Source of the DNA: Deltaproteobacteria bacterium
Lineage (GTDB): Bacteria > Lernaellota > Lernaellaia > JACKCT01
Reading direction: 5' to 3'
Length of the DNA: 64,000 nt
NCBI GenBank assembly: GCA_020633895.1
Contig: JACKCT010000005.1
Location: 155,789-219,788 of the forward strand
Position 1 is the stretch's first letter. Each line of letters opens with the position of its first letter. Both the position numbers and the translations under genes were made by a program. Below the pieces are notes generated by a model. It made no database searches. It worked only from the letters and a program-made list of their open reading frames with translations, and was not told the origin of the DNA. Below, piece by piece: positions 1-10,093 of the stretch.

Positions 1-1456
1 AGCAGAAATCGTCGTCCTCGTCCTGGGACAGGCCGTCGCTGGAGGTGATGGTCTCCGGGTCGTCCTCGTCGTCCTCGCCGGGCGGGATGGACGGCGCGTC
101 GTCGTCGACATCGTCCGTGTCGTCATCCTCGTCGTCGTCTTCGTCTTCGGTGTCGTCGTCATCATCGTCATCGGTGAGATCGTCGTCGCCCGGGGGGAGG
201 GTGGCGATGTTGTCGAATTGAAAAAAGATCCCGCTTTCGTCGCCGTCCTGGTCGCCGGTGGACAGCCACACGACGGCGAACTGCCCGTCCTCGTTGGCCG
301 AAACGGCCGGCGAATCCTGCCGCCCGTTCTGAAAGTGGTTGACGATGATGTCGCCGGTGGTCGGATTTCCGTTTTTATCGAAGCGGCGCAGGTAGATGTC
401 GTCCTCGTCGCTGTGACCGCCCTCGCGAATGCCGGCCCAGATGACGATGAATTGCCCGTCGTCGAACAGCTTGGCCACCGGGCGCGTATTGCCGTCACGA
501 GGCAGGTGATTGGCCACGAACGGCTCGCCGACCGGGTCGTCGAACGACGTGAAAAGGCGCCCGATGACGTCGAAATCGTTGTCCGGGCGCCGGGACTGCC
601 AGACGATCAGGAAGTGGCCCGAGGCGTTGGCGGTGATGTAGGGCAGGGACTCGTCGCGCTCGTCTTCCACGCTGATGCGCTTGCCCGTCGCCAGGGCGTT
701 TCCGTCCCAATCAAACGGACGCAGGTACACGGCGTCCACGTCGCCCGAGTCGACGCCTCCCGCATGGCCGACGACGAGGAAGTCCTTGTCGTCATTGACG
801 AACGCCGACCCGCCGACGGCTTCCAGCGTGTCGAAATTGTTATCCAGGTTGGGAAAGATGGACTTGCCCAGCTTGGTGCCGTCGGCGTTCATGCGTTGCA
901 CCTCGGTGGAGGTGCCGCCCCAGGCCACGATGAAGTCTCCGTCCTCGAACACGGCCAGCGTGGGGGTCCGCTCCAAGGCTTTGACCGGAACCATTTGGCT
1001 GATGATGAACTCGTCGGTGGTCGGGATCAGGTCCTTGTCGAACACGCGGCCGAAGTTGTTGCCGAAGGCTTCGAATTGCCAGATCGCGACCAGGTTGCCG
1101 GTTCCGTCCAGGGCAATGTACGGCCGCTTCTGATCGCCGTTCGTGGTGACGTTGGCGAGGATTTCGCCGGTCTGGGCGGCGCCGTCTTCGTCGAAAGCGC
1201 GCAGGTAGATGCCGCCGAAAGAGCCGTCCTGATTGTCCGAGCGCCATCCCACGACGATGCGGTTGTCCGGGCGAATCACGACGGTGGGATCGCCCTGTTG
1301 ACCGGTGGTAAAGACATTGGCCTGCAAGTCGAGGTCCCCGATGTCGGCCGTCGCGGCACCGGCGGCGAAAAACAGAATTGCCGACAGGGCCGACAGGGCC
1401 GACAGGGCGACAAGGCGGAGTTTTCGCGGTTGCGTCGGGCCGATCCGCCGGATCAT
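1..1456 (-). CDS. Secreted repeat protein (beta-propeller-like blades) with poly-Asp C-terminal tail; 3' end cut by window edge
   Basis: Absent from the ORF track because it runs off the window. Reading the reverse complement from ATG (1456..1454) gives MIRRIGPTQPRKLRLVALSALSALSAILFFAAGAATA, a signal peptide. About 8 repeats follow, of the type 'DG.F(I/V)(V/A)W ... G(I/V)(Y/F).(R/Q).FD..G'. The protein ends in DDDLTDDDDDDDTEDEDDDEDDDTDD. The listed + ORF 218..1720 is its antisense shadow. Confidence 0.75.
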   Translation of the reverse strand, partial: MIRRIGPTQPRKLRLVALSALSALSAILFFAAGAATADIGDLDLQANVFTTGQQGDPTVVIRPDNRIVVGWRSDNQDGSFGGIYLRAFDEDGAAQTGEILANVTTNGDQKRPYIALDGTGNLVAIWQFEAFGNNFGRVFDKDLIPTTDEFIISQMVPVKALERTPTLAVFEDGDFIVAWGGTSTEVQRMNADGTKLGKSIFPNLDNNFDTLEAVGGSAFVNDDKDFLVVGHAGGVDSGDVDAVYLRPFDWDGNALATGKRISVEDERDESLPYITANASGHFLIVWQSRRPDNDFDVIGRLFTSFDDPVGEPFVANHLPRDGNTRPVAKLFDDGQFIVIWAGIREGGHSDEDDIYLRRFDKNGNPTTGDIIVNHFQNGRQDSPAVSANEDGQFAVVWLSTGDQDGDESGIFFQFDNIATLPPGDDDLTDDDDDDDTEDEDDDEDDDTDDVDDDAPSIPPGEDDEDDPETITSSDGLSQDEDDDFC

Positions 1457-1766
1457 GAACTTCTCCGTCGCGCTGGTGGGTGGTCGACCTTCAAATTCGC
1501 GCGCCGAATTGGGGACGTCAAGGGAAAAGCCGCATCAGGGTTTAATCCCGAATTTCAATATTTGAGATCTAACGTCATAATACCGATAGTATCGAACCGA
1601 CAGTGGCAGGACAATTGCCGTGGTCCGGGAGCGGCGGGATTTCCCGAATCTCCGATGACAGGCGTTGCCCCAGGCGCCCGGATGCCCGCAAAGCTTCCGG
1701 CGAGACGAAACCACCTTTGAAAACAATTCGTCGTCGCAAGGCTGTTGCGGCGGCAAGGAGCGGTCG

Positions 1767-4454
1767 TTGTCTGGATTCAAGGCACCGGCACTGGAAAGTA
1801 TTCTCGCCGATGCGTTAAGCAAAATCCGCATTCCCACGTTTGTGGCCACCTATCCCGGCCCCAGCCGCATCCGATTTGCCAACCCGGCCTTGGCGACGGC
1901 GCTGGCGTGTCGCGTCGAGGATTTGGTCGACCGTCCGCTGGAGGACGTGTTTTCCGGCGCGAAATTCTGCGGCAACACCTGGCTGCATATCGAAGAAGCC
2001 TTCAAGGACAACCAGTCGTTCTCCCTGCTCGAGCACCTGGACAAGGACGACGAGTTGCACGCGGCGCGCGAAATCCTCATTGCGCCGATCGCCGTTTCGT
2101 CCGGAACGACGGGGCACATGGTCGGCACGGTCCGGGACATTACCGAGTCCTTGCGCCATCGCCACGTCATGGACGACGCCCACCGACGTCTGGGCATCTA
2201 TCTGGATATCGCCCGCATCTCCCTGTGGCAGACCGACCTGATCGCCCAAAAGACCCACTATGACGACCTGTTTTTCCAATTCCTCGGCTACGAGCCCGGA
2301 GAGATCGAGCCGGACTGGCCGTGGTGGATCGACAATGTCGACCCGACATATCAGTCCATTGTGTCCATGCGTCTGCGGGATGCGGTGGAAGGTTTCAAGT
2401 CGGTGTTCGAGGTGGAGTATCCCATCCGAGGCAAGGACGGGAGCTGGGTTTGGGTTTGGTCCCGAGGCAAGGTGGTGGCTCGCGACGAAAACGGACAGGC
2501 GACGCGCCTGTACGGCGTCCTGATCAACACAACCGCGTATCACGAACAGACCGCGTCCCAAGCCCGCAGCGAGCAGGTCATCAAAATGCTCGTGGGAGGC
2601 GGCACGGTGGCCCTGTGGCATCGGGATCTGGGAACCGGCGAAATGCAGATCGATTCCCACTACTTCAAGATGCTGGGTTTTGACGTGGATCAGGTTCCGG
2701 ATCGGGCCGTCTGGTGGCACAAGCACCTGGGCCCGGCGCAATCGGAAACGGTGATCCGCCGTATCGACGATTATCTGTACGGCGAGGTGCCCGGGGTCGT
2801 TGTCGAGCTGCGCGTCGTGGACTCGGCGGGGAACGATCGTTGGATGCTCATGCGCGGGGAGACCGTTTCCCGATCGGAAACCGGGCGGCCGACGCAGATT
2901 GCCGGGCTGTTCCAGGACATCACCGACCTTAAGCGCGCCCAGGAGCGCCTCGTCGAATCCGAGGATCACATGCGGCGCGTGCTCAACGCCGTGCCGGACA
3001 TCATCGCGGAAATCGACACGTTGGGCGCGCTCCGATATGTCAATCACGCCAGCGCCTGGCTGGCCGAGGAGAAAAAGAGCAGCGCCAACATTTTCGATTG
3101 GATTCCCGCGGACGCGGCGAAGACGGTGAGCGACAGCCTCGCGATGGTCCGTGCCACCGGAAAAATGACCTCCACCGAGGCACAGTTCGTGGATCCGGGC
3201 AAGGAGTTGCGAAAATTCGCGCTACGGATGATGCCGCTGCCGCCCAAAGACGGCGATGAACGATTTTTGTGCGTCGCCACGGATCTGACCGAGCAGATTG
3301 CCGCGACGCAGGCCGCCGCCTTGTCCGAGCAGCGCATGCGTTGGCTTTGGGACAACGTCCCCGACATCGTCGCCCACCTCGACCTGGACGGACGGGTGAT
3401 CTACATCAACAAGGTGCTGACGGGATTCACCGTTGACGACGTGATCGGCACCAAGGCGGAGGACTGGTTTCCCGCCAAGGCGGTGCACGCCCATCGCAAG
3501 GCCATGGACGACGCGAAACGAACCGGAATCGTCCAGCAATTCGAAACCTGGTTTGAAAAGGACGTGGAAAAACGTATCTGGTTCAATATCCGCATGATCC
3601 CGCTTCTTGCCGACGGCGAGGTCGCGGGATTCTTGTCGATCACGGCGGATATCACGACGACCAAGGAAGCCGAACTCGCACGCCGCCGCTACGAAGGGCA
3701 ACTGCGTCAGCAGCAGAAGCTCGAATCCATCGGCGTCCTGGCCGCCGGCGTCGCCCACGAGATCAATAATCCGATCCAAGGCATCATGAACATGGCCGAG
3801 CTGATGCTGATGATGACCGAGGACGAGCAGCTCAAATCCAATGCCGGTTCGATCGTCCGCGAATGCCAGCGGGTGGCCACCATCGTCCGCAATATGCTCA
3901 CTTTCTCGCGGCAGGGGGCGCAGGAGTTCATCCAGGCCGATCTGCGCAAGATGATCGACGAGACGCTCTCCTTGGTGAAGATTCTCATCAAGCGCGACAA
4001 CGTGGAATTGCGCACCGAGCTGCCCGACGAACTGCCTCCCGTCGTTTGCCGCCCCCAGCAGGTGCAGCAGGTGCTCATGAATCTGATCACCAATGCCCGG
4101 GACGCGGTCAACAGCCGATTCGGCGACAGCCGGGACGTCAAGCGGGTCGTTCTGGTCGTCAAACTGGCGGCGTCCGGCGAGTCGGAGAACGAGGACTTGG
4201 TCAGCCTGGAGGTGACGGACAACGGCGTGGGAATCAAAAAGGACGCCCTGCACCACATCTTCGATCCGTTCTACACCACCAAGGGCGAGGCGGGCACGGG
4301 CCTGGGGCTGGCTATCAGCCATGGTATCGCCCGGGACCACGGCGGTCGCCTCGTCTGCAAATCCAGCCCCGGCATGTTCACGACCTTCACCCTGGAACTT
4401 CCCCTTGCCGGTCCGGCGAAGTCTCAACTTCAGAGAACCCGCACCGCGATTTAG
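1767..4454 (+). CDS. Cytoplasmic multi-PAS sensor histidine kinase
   Basis: ORF 1665..4454. H-box 'GVAHEINNPIQGI'. HATPase boxes 'LMNLITNARDAV', 'DNGVGI' and 'GTGLGLAISHGIARDHGGRL'. Several PAS-like segments and no TM helix. Start placed at TTG 1767 because AAGGAG (1755..1760) lies 6 nt upstream; the ORF opens at TTG 1665. Confidence 0.9.
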   Translation: MSGFKAPALESILADALSKIRIPTFVATYPGPSRIRFANPALATALACRVEDLVDRPLEDVFSGAKFCGNTWLHIEEAFKDNQSFSLLEHLDKDDELHAAREILIAPIAVSSGTTGHMVGTVRDITESLRHRHVMDDAHRRLGIYLDIARISLWQTDLIAQKTHYDDLFFQFLGYEPGEIEPDWPWWIDNVDPTYQSIVSMRLRDAVEGFKSVFEVEYPIRGKDGSWVWVWSRGKVVARDENGQATRLYGVLINTTAYHEQTASQARSEQVIKMLVGGGTVALWHRDLGTGEMQIDSHYFKMLGFDVDQVPDRAVWWHKHLGPAQSETVIRRIDDYLYGEVPGVVVELRVVDSAGNDRWMLMRGETVSRSETGRPTQIAGLFQDITDLKRAQERLVESEDHMRRVLNAVPDIIAEIDTLGALRYVNHASAWLAEEKKSSANIFDWIPADAAKTVSDSLAMVRATGKMTSTEAQFVDPGKELRKFALRMMPLPPKDGDERFLCVATDLTEQIAATQAAALSEQRMRWLWDNVPDIVAHLDLDGRVIYINKVLTGFTVDDVIGTKAEDWFPAKAVHAHRKAMDDAKRTGIVQQFETWFEKDVEKRIWFNIRMIPLLADGEVAGFLSITADITTTKEAELARRRYEGQLRQQQKLESIGVLAAGVAHEINNPIQGIMNMAELMLMMTEDEQLKSNAGSIVRECQRVATIVRNMLTFSRQGAQEFIQADLRKMIDETLSLVKILIKRDNVELRTELPDELPPVVCRPQQVQQVLMNLITNARDAVNSRFGDSRDVKRVVLVVKLAASGESENEDLVSLEVTDNGVGIKKDALHHIFDPFYTTKGEAGTGLGLAISHGIARDHGGRLVCKSSPGMFTTFTLELPLAGPAKSQLQRTRTAI

Positions 4455-4596
4455 CAAATTCCCCATACGAAATTTCACGAACACATCTGTAAAAATGTAA
4501 TGTCAGATTTGGTGCGCTTGTGGCGGGTGTGCCATTTTCGGCGCCAGGGAAAGTGTAACTTATTGATAATGCATGATTAATAATTTCGCTGATTCT

Positions 4597-4612
4597 TGGC
4601 ACCCGGGTTGCA
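4597..4612 (+). promoter_or_regulatory. Sigma-54 (-24/-12) promoter candidate
   Basis: TGGCAC-ccggg-TTGCA matches the TGGCAC-N5-TTGC(A/T) consensus exactly. It lies in an AT-rich island about 50 nt upstream of ATG 4664. Confidence 0.55.
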
Positions 4613-4663
4613 ATAAATTTTGGTGCGTCATTGACGACGCGTAGGCGAACAAGGAGCGTTGCC

Positions 4664-5005
4664 ATGGTTGTCGCGTTAGCACGGCCCCGGATGGCCCGGA
4701 AGATGATGACGGTGATCGGCAAGGGCGTGGATCCGACGGTGCAGGATGTGGACGGATTGTTCAACGAGGGACGGTTCGGGACGGCCACGCTGGAAGATTT
4801 CGAATACAACATGGCGTTCATCGAGCCGGTGTGCGCGCCGTCATGGGAGACGGCCGGTCAGGCCGAGCAAATTGCCGACGCCCATCTGAGCCGTCTTTTC
4901 CGTCAGGAGCAGGCCGGCTGCTACCCCTACCATTTGGAGTACGAGGAGTGCGAGTTGCCCGACCACCGGCGATTTTTCGTCGTGCGGGCGCTGCCGGCGG
5001 CCTAG
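4664..5005 (+). CDS. Hypothetical protein (113 aa)
   Basis: ORF 4631..5005. ATG 4664 is preceded by AAGGAG (4651..4656). No motif recognised. Confidence 0.5.
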   Translation: MVVALARPRMARKMMTVIGKGVDPTVQDVDGLFNEGRFGTATLEDFEYNMAFIEPVCAPSWETAGQAEQIADAHLSRLFRQEQAGCYPYHLEYEECELPDHRRFFVVRALPAA

Positions 5006-5316
5006 GGCATTTTCAAGCCCCGCTATCCCCAAGATTTGCGTGCGGATCGAATCGCGTCGCCGATTCGATCCGTTTGTCGTTTTTCGTCCGCGCACCCGCG
5101 GACCTCTCGGTGAGGAATTTACCGGTCGATTCGCCCGGCGTCGCCGATTGCCGGGGAGAAAATTCCAAAAGGATCGCCTACTTGTCCAAGATCCCCCAAC
5201 TTGTCGTCAACTTGACAGTGATAACGACGCCCCGCTAGTATTTTTTCCGCTGATAGCTTCAATATGCGCGCGCGCCCCATGAAAAGCGCCGTCTTTCGTC
5301 CTATTAGGTGGTGTCG

Positions 5317-6903
5317 ATGAGTTCGTCCGCCGGTGAAGGCTCCTACGTCAAGGGTTCCTTGGCCCAAACGCCTTTTCCCAATGTCCTTCACTACATCCAC
5401 ATCGCGAGCAAAACCGGCATTTTGGCCGTGGTGCGGGGCCCCAAGAAGGTCCATATCCACTATGACAGCGGGCGCATCGTCTATGTGACCAGCAGCTATT
5501 TCCCCGAATTGTCGATCGGGGAATATCTGGTGCACAAGAATCTCATCAGCAGCGAGGACGCCAAGGAATCCTTCGAGGCGACGCGCGACGGCGACACCAA
5601 GCAGGGCATGTACCTGGTCGATCAAGGCAAACTGACGCCTCACAAGCTGCATGAAGCCCTCAACGAGCACGTCAAACTCAAGCTGTTCAAGATTTTCGGC
5701 TGGCCCGACGGAGAGTTTTTCTTCAAACAGGGTCCCATCATCGAGCCCGAGCATCGGGTCCTGACGGTGCATATGGGCAATCTGATCTACACGGGCGTGC
5801 GCGACCATTTCCCGATGAAATCCCTTCCCCGGGAGTTCAAAGGGCGCAAGGAGTCGGCGGTCGTCAAGCGCGAAAGCCCGCGTTTCGCCATGGATGAAAT
5901 CGCCTTCGGTCCGGCGGACACGCGCATGCTGGCGCTGGTCAACGGGCAGCTCACCCTGCGCCAGATCGTGACCGCTTCCAAGCTCAAGAAGAGCCAGGCC
6001 TACCACATCCTTTACGGCCTCTACCTGCTGGGATTCGTGGGATTTCCCGAAAGCGTGCGACGTCGGCCGGAAGCGAATGCCGGCGGCAGCTACCAGGAGC
6101 GGGTGCTGCGCGAGCAGGAGGAAAAGGCCAAGCGCCAGGCGGCCAAGCAGCGCCAGGGCTACGAGATCAATATCGCCGACGACGTGATCGCCGAGGCGCT
6201 CAAGAGCGTGGACCGGGCCAAGGAAGCCGTCCGTAGTGCGACGACGACCATGCCGGCGCCGATTCCCGACGCGCCCGTGCCGACCGCTCCGGCCACGACG
6301 ACCCCGGCGACCGCCCCGGCCGAGACGACCGAGCCGGACATCTTCGGCGAGTCGGTGGACGCGGATTCGGAACTGTTTTTCGAGACGGCCGCCCAGCCCG
6401 CGGACGAAGAGGTCACGCAGGCCTTCGACGACAATTACGGCTGGCAGCACGAGCCGGAAGAGACGCCGACCGAGTTCGAGGACATCAGCCCCGAGACCTA
6501 TCTGGAAACGGAGGACACGGGGATCGACCTGTCGGCGTACGACAACGCCGAGGATCTGACCAAGCAGGGGCAGTACCTCATGGAGGAGGGCCGCTTTAAC
6601 GACGCGGAGAAGTTCTTCGAGAAGGCCCTGGAGATGGACCCGGACAGCGCCGAGGCGTCGGTGCATCTGGGGTGGACGAAATACAATCGGTCGGCGGGCA
6701 TGGAGGTGCAGGACTCGGAGCGCCTCATCCGCGACGGCCTCAAACGCAATCCCGCCATGTTTCAGGCATTCCTCTATCTGGGCAAAATCTACATGGCCGA
6801 AAACCAGATGGAGTTCGCCGAACTGCATTTCGTGAAGGCGCTCGAACTGAACGTCGACTGCGCCGAAGCCCGCGAGCAGATCAAAAAAATCCACGCCGGT
6901 TAA
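5317..6903 (+). CDS. DUF4388 (PatA-N-like) domain protein with Pro/Thr-rich linker and C-terminal TPR repeats
   Basis: N-terminus 'GSLAQTPFPNVLHYIHIASKTGILAVVRGPKKVHIHYDSGRIVYV' is DUF4388-like. The C-terminus has TPR-like helices ('AEKFFEKALEMDPDSAEA...', 'AELHFVKALELNVDCAEA'). AGGTGG lies 5 nt before ATG 5317. Confidence 0.7.
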   Translation: MSSSAGEGSYVKGSLAQTPFPNVLHYIHIASKTGILAVVRGPKKVHIHYDSGRIVYVTSSYFPELSIGEYLVHKNLISSEDAKESFEATRDGDTKQGMYLVDQGKLTPHKLHEALNEHVKLKLFKIFGWPDGEFFFKQGPIIEPEHRVLTVHMGNLIYTGVRDHFPMKSLPREFKGRKESAVVKRESPRFAMDEIAFGPADTRMLALVNGQLTLRQIVTASKLKKSQAYHILYGLYLLGFVGFPESVRRRPEANAGGSYQERVLREQEEKAKRQAAKQRQGYEINIADDVIAEALKSVDRAKEAVRSATTTMPAPIPDAPVPTAPATTTPATAPAETTEPDIFGESVDADSELFFETAAQPADEEVTQAFDDNYGWQHEPEETPTEFEDISPETYLETEDTGIDLSAYDNAEDLTKQGQYLMEEGRFNDAEKFFEKALEMDPDSAEASVHLGWTKYNRSAGMEVQDSERLIRDGLKRNPAMFQAFLYLGKIYMAENQMEFAELHFVKALELNVDCAEAREQIKKIHAG

Positions 6904-7031
6904 GTCAGGATTTGCCGCTTGGGCAAACGCAACGACGGTTTTCCTTGCGTTGTGTATAAATTCCTGCGCACAATTATCTCCTGTTAGCGATATATTCCTG
7001 GACGCAAAATTAAGGGAGGGCATTTCCGCCC

Positions 7032-9407
7032 ATGCTTTCGCCGCGACATATCTCGCTCCTTGCCGTCCTTCTCTTTTTGTTCGCTCCGCTTGCGTGCGGG
7101 GGAGAGAGCGACGAATCGGACCCGGTCTCGTCGGAATCTGAAGCGATCGATGGCGATGACGATGGCGATGGCGACGACAGTTCCGCGAGCGACGTGGATG
7201 ACGATGATTCCGCTGACGACGATACGACTGATACGGCCGTCGACGACGATACCGACGACGATACCGACGACGGCGAAGTCAGACCAACTTCCTGCCCCCA
7301 AGGCGAACGCATCGCCGAAGGCGAGCCCGGCGCCGGCGGGTGCCTCTCACAGATTACCTCGGGTTCGTACCTGAATTGGGAAGAGGAAGAGACGGTGATG
7401 GATTCGATTCTCACCGACGACGGTCAATTTCAAATTATCGTCGGCTCGGGGCGTCGAATCGAGGTCTATGCCACTGACACGATCGGGGCCAAGGACTCGG
7501 GCGAACCCGAATTCCGGCGGGAGATCGTCGCGCAAACGGGTAAACGTCCCGCGATCACCGTGGACGGCGACGGAGTTCGCCACGCGGCCTGGTATGACGC
7601 CCGCCACCGCCGTTTGTTGTATGCCAACGACGCGTCCGGCGAATGGATTCCGGAAATCGTCGACGACAACACCTACACGTCCGGGTCGCGGCCGTCGATT
7701 GCCGTCGATGGGCAAGAGACCGTTCATCTGGTCTATCGCAGCGGCCGTTATGCCACCAACGCCTCCGGGAAATGGGAGCATCGAGATCCGTTCGGGACGG
7801 CGAGCTACGGTGACAGCTCCATCGCGGTCGGCGCCGACCAAAAGGTCTACGCATGGTTCGGAAACTCCGGTGCGCTGGCGCAATTGGAGGACGGGGAGTG
7901 GACGCTTCTCGAACCCATCGAGGAAACCTACCAATCGGACAACGGCCGGATCCGCGTCGCTCCCGACGGGAAAATCCACCTGGCTCGATGGGAAAAGATT
8001 GTCGAGGTGTTGGAGTACAATACGTATTCGCCGGGAGTCGGATGGGCCGACGACGACCTGCGCTATCGGACATCCTCCCTGCCGGCGCTGACTTTGGACG
8101 CGCAAGGCAACGCCCACACCGTCGCCTATGTCGTCCGATCGGTCCGCTGCGACGATTGCGAAAACGACAAGGACGGCATCTGTATTCCCGAGTATTGCGA
8201 ACAGAAGTATGCCTTTCGTCACACGGCTTGGAACGGGGCCGAGCGTTTCGACGACGATCTGATCGATCTCCATGAGGTTGTGGAGGAAATCACGGCCCGG
8301 ATGGCGCCCGATGGCCGACTGCATGCCGCGTGGCTGACCTATGACGAATTCGAGTATGCGCTCCTGGAGGAGGGAGTTTGGCGGAGATTCGTCATCGCCG
8401 CCGACGACTCCAAATCGGCTCCCGGATTGGCGTTCGAAAAGGATCAGATTCCGCACGTGGTTTACGCGACGCAGACGGGAGTGTTCGATCTTTTTCGGAC
8501 GGGCGACGATTGGCGACAGCGAGAGATCATCGAAGTTCCGGTGGAGACTTATCCGAAATCGCGAAGAATTATTTTTCGCCCCCGCAATGCGCTCGCCGAC
8601 GCCTCGGGAACCGTTCACGCCTTTTTCTATGAATCCGCCAGGGACGAAAATCTAGTCTGGACATACACTCTTTACCACGCGTTCCTCGTCGGCGACCGAT
8701 GGGAAAGGCAAGAGATCACACCGACGGACTTGCCCGACCCGTCGGCCGGCAAAAACGGACTCGATTTTACCGTGGGCCTGACTGCCGCCGGCGAGGTCTA
8801 CCTGATTTATCTCGGCAACCAAGGCATTCGCGCCGCCGTGCAAAAAGACGGTCAATGGAGCGACTACCAAATCCGAGACGAGATCGCCGCTCCGGTGGAC
8901 AGCGATTATCACCCCGAGGTGGGAACGACGATCCTTCTGCGCGATCGCAATTCGGGCCGTATCTCTTTGGCGACCGATTCGTCCGGCGCGTGGGAGGTCG
9001 AGACGGTTCCCTTCGGCGTGTCCATGGAGGACGCGGTGGTTTCGATCGCGCCCGACCGGCGGATCTTCGTCGCCGCTCGTCGAGAGAACGGCGGCGTGTT
9101 CCTGGCCGTCAAGGACAACGGGTCGTGGACCGATTTTTCTTGGGAGAAGAGGGCGACAGCGGGGAACATCGCCATGGCGATCGACGCATCCGGCGCCCCG
9201 CAGATTTATTGCGCCACCGGCGATCAGTTGCTCAACCTGACCTTGCGTGACGGACAATTACAGTCTGCGCAAGTGGATTCCTTCGAGGGATATTGGACCT
9301 TCGTGGGTGTCGCGGCGATTCGTCCCGACGGAACGCACTGGGCTGTGCATACCTACCACAACGCGATCCAGCTTTTTGAAGGTCCGCCGCCGATTCCGAG
9401 TGAGTGA
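7032..9407 (+). CDS. Large lipoprotein with Asp-rich tether and repeated beta-propeller-like units
   Basis: Signal peptide plus lipobox 'LFAPLAC'. About 70 aa D/S/T-rich linker (DGDDDGDGDDSSASDVDDDDSADDDTTDTAVDDDTDDDTDD). Then repeated units of the type 'S(I/L)AVD..G..H.(A/V)(W/Y) ... L.YA....G.W'. Confidence 0.8.
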   Translation: MLSPRHISLLAVLLFLFAPLACGGESDESDPVSSESEAIDGDDDGDGDDSSASDVDDDDSADDDTTDTAVDDDTDDDTDDGEVRPTSCPQGERIAEGEPGAGGCLSQITSGSYLNWEEEETVMDSILTDDGQFQIIVGSGRRIEVYATDTIGAKDSGEPEFRREIVAQTGKRPAITVDGDGVRHAAWYDARHRRLLYANDASGEWIPEIVDDNTYTSGSRPSIAVDGQETVHLVYRSGRYATNASGKWEHRDPFGTASYGDSSIAVGADQKVYAWFGNSGALAQLEDGEWTLLEPIEETYQSDNGRIRVAPDGKIHLARWEKIVEVLEYNTYSPGVGWADDDLRYRTSSLPALTLDAQGNAHTVAYVVRSVRCDDCENDKDGICIPEYCEQKYAFRHTAWNGAERFDDDLIDLHEVVEEITARMAPDGRLHAAWLTYDEFEYALLEEGVWRRFVIAADDSKSAPGLAFEKDQIPHVVYATQTGVFDLFRTGDDWRQREIIEVPVETYPKSRRIIFRPRNALADASGTVHAFFYESARDENLVWTYTLYHAFLVGDRWERQEITPTDLPDPSAGKNGLDFTVGLTAAGEVYLIYLGNQGIRAAVQKDGQWSDYQIRDEIAAPVDSDYHPEVGTTILLRDRNSGRISLATDSSGAWEVETVPFGVSMEDAVVSIAPDRRIFVAARRENGGVFLAVKDNGSWTDFSWEKRATAGNIAMAIDASGAPQIYCATGDQLLNLTLRDGQLQSAQVDSFEGYWTFVGVAAIRPDGTHWAVHTYHNAIQLFEGPPPIPSE

Positions 9408-9437
9408 GAACCCCGGGTCGACAGGACATCCGCCGGG

Positions 9438-10004
9438 TTAACGAGGCAAGTCCCGACCCCGACAGCCGAATCCGCCGCCGTCGTCATCATCGTCGGTGTC
9501 GTCATCCGGCGTTGTGTCGTCATCGGTCGTGTCATCGTCGTCGTCGGTCATCATCGCCACGGCCAAGACCTCGTTGCCGTCGTCCAGGCCTCGCGAATCG
9601 CTGTAGGTTTGGCCATCGCGAAACGAATAGTACCAGGCGTTGGAATCGCCCCAGAAATCCCCGCAGACGATGTCAAAGACCGGCGAAATGTGCAGCGTAT
9701 CGTCCGGGCACGCCTCGGTGCTCCATGCGAATTCGGTGTCGTAAAGGGAGTCCAATTCGACCTGGGTCGGCATGCGCCAGGCGTATCCCGCCGTTTCCAA
9801 TTCGCCGACGTAATAAATTGCCGCGTCGAAAAACGAGATCGAACGACTGCCGTTGCTGCGTTTGGTCCAGATGAGCCCGCTTTCGGTGTCGGTTACGGTT
9901 CCGTCGTCATTGTCGACAATCCCGGCGAGCGCGTCCGACGGCACGGCGGCGAAGCCAAGATGCAGGCATGCGAAGGACAAGAGCAGGAAGACAATTGTTT
10001 TCAT
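9438..10004 (-). CDS. Secreted DUF1566-like protein with D/T-rich C-terminal tail
   Basis: Start MKTIVFLLLSFACLHLGFAA is a signal peptide (ATG at 10004). 'TESGLIWTKRSN...WRMPTQVELDSLY' resembles DUF1566 (Lcl C-terminal-like). The tail is 'MMTDDDDDTTDDDTTPDDDTDDDDDGGGFGCRGRDLPR'. Confidence 0.65.
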   Translation of the reverse strand: MKTIVFLLLSFACLHLGFAAVPSDALAGIVDNDDGTVTDTESGLIWTKRSNGSRSISFFDAAIYYVGELETAGYAWRMPTQVELDSLYDTEFAWSTEACPDDTLHISPVFDIVCGDFWGDSNAWYYSFRDGQTYSDSRGLDDGNEVLAVAMMTDDDDDTTDDDTTPDDDTDDDDDGGGFGCRGRDLPR

Positions 10005-10093
10005 GGTCGTACGCCTTGTGAGAAACGGTGGCTGATGCCGATATGATACGGTGTCACAGCCCAATCCTTCCACCTCGGTTTGCCGCACGGCGA

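Noticed and set aside
218-1720. 500-aa plus-strand ORF in the track
   Set aside because: It is the antisense shadow of the minus-strand secreted repeat protein at 1..1456. Its composition is V/G/D/A/R-rich with no motif. The minus frame has a signal peptide, coherent repeats and an acidic tail.
5119-7023. 634-aa minus-strand ORF
   Set aside because: Shadow of the DUF4388/TPR gene (5317..6903). It is Arg/Gly/Leu-rich, low-complexity and has no motifs.
9438-9500. MYXO-CTERM or other exosortase/rhombosortase-type C-terminal sorting signal on the acidic-tailed proteins
   Set aside because: Known CTERM tags include a hydrophobic TM helix followed by basic residues. These proteins stop right after G-C-(G/R)-R with no helix, and the DNA downstream of the stops shows no frameshifted helix.
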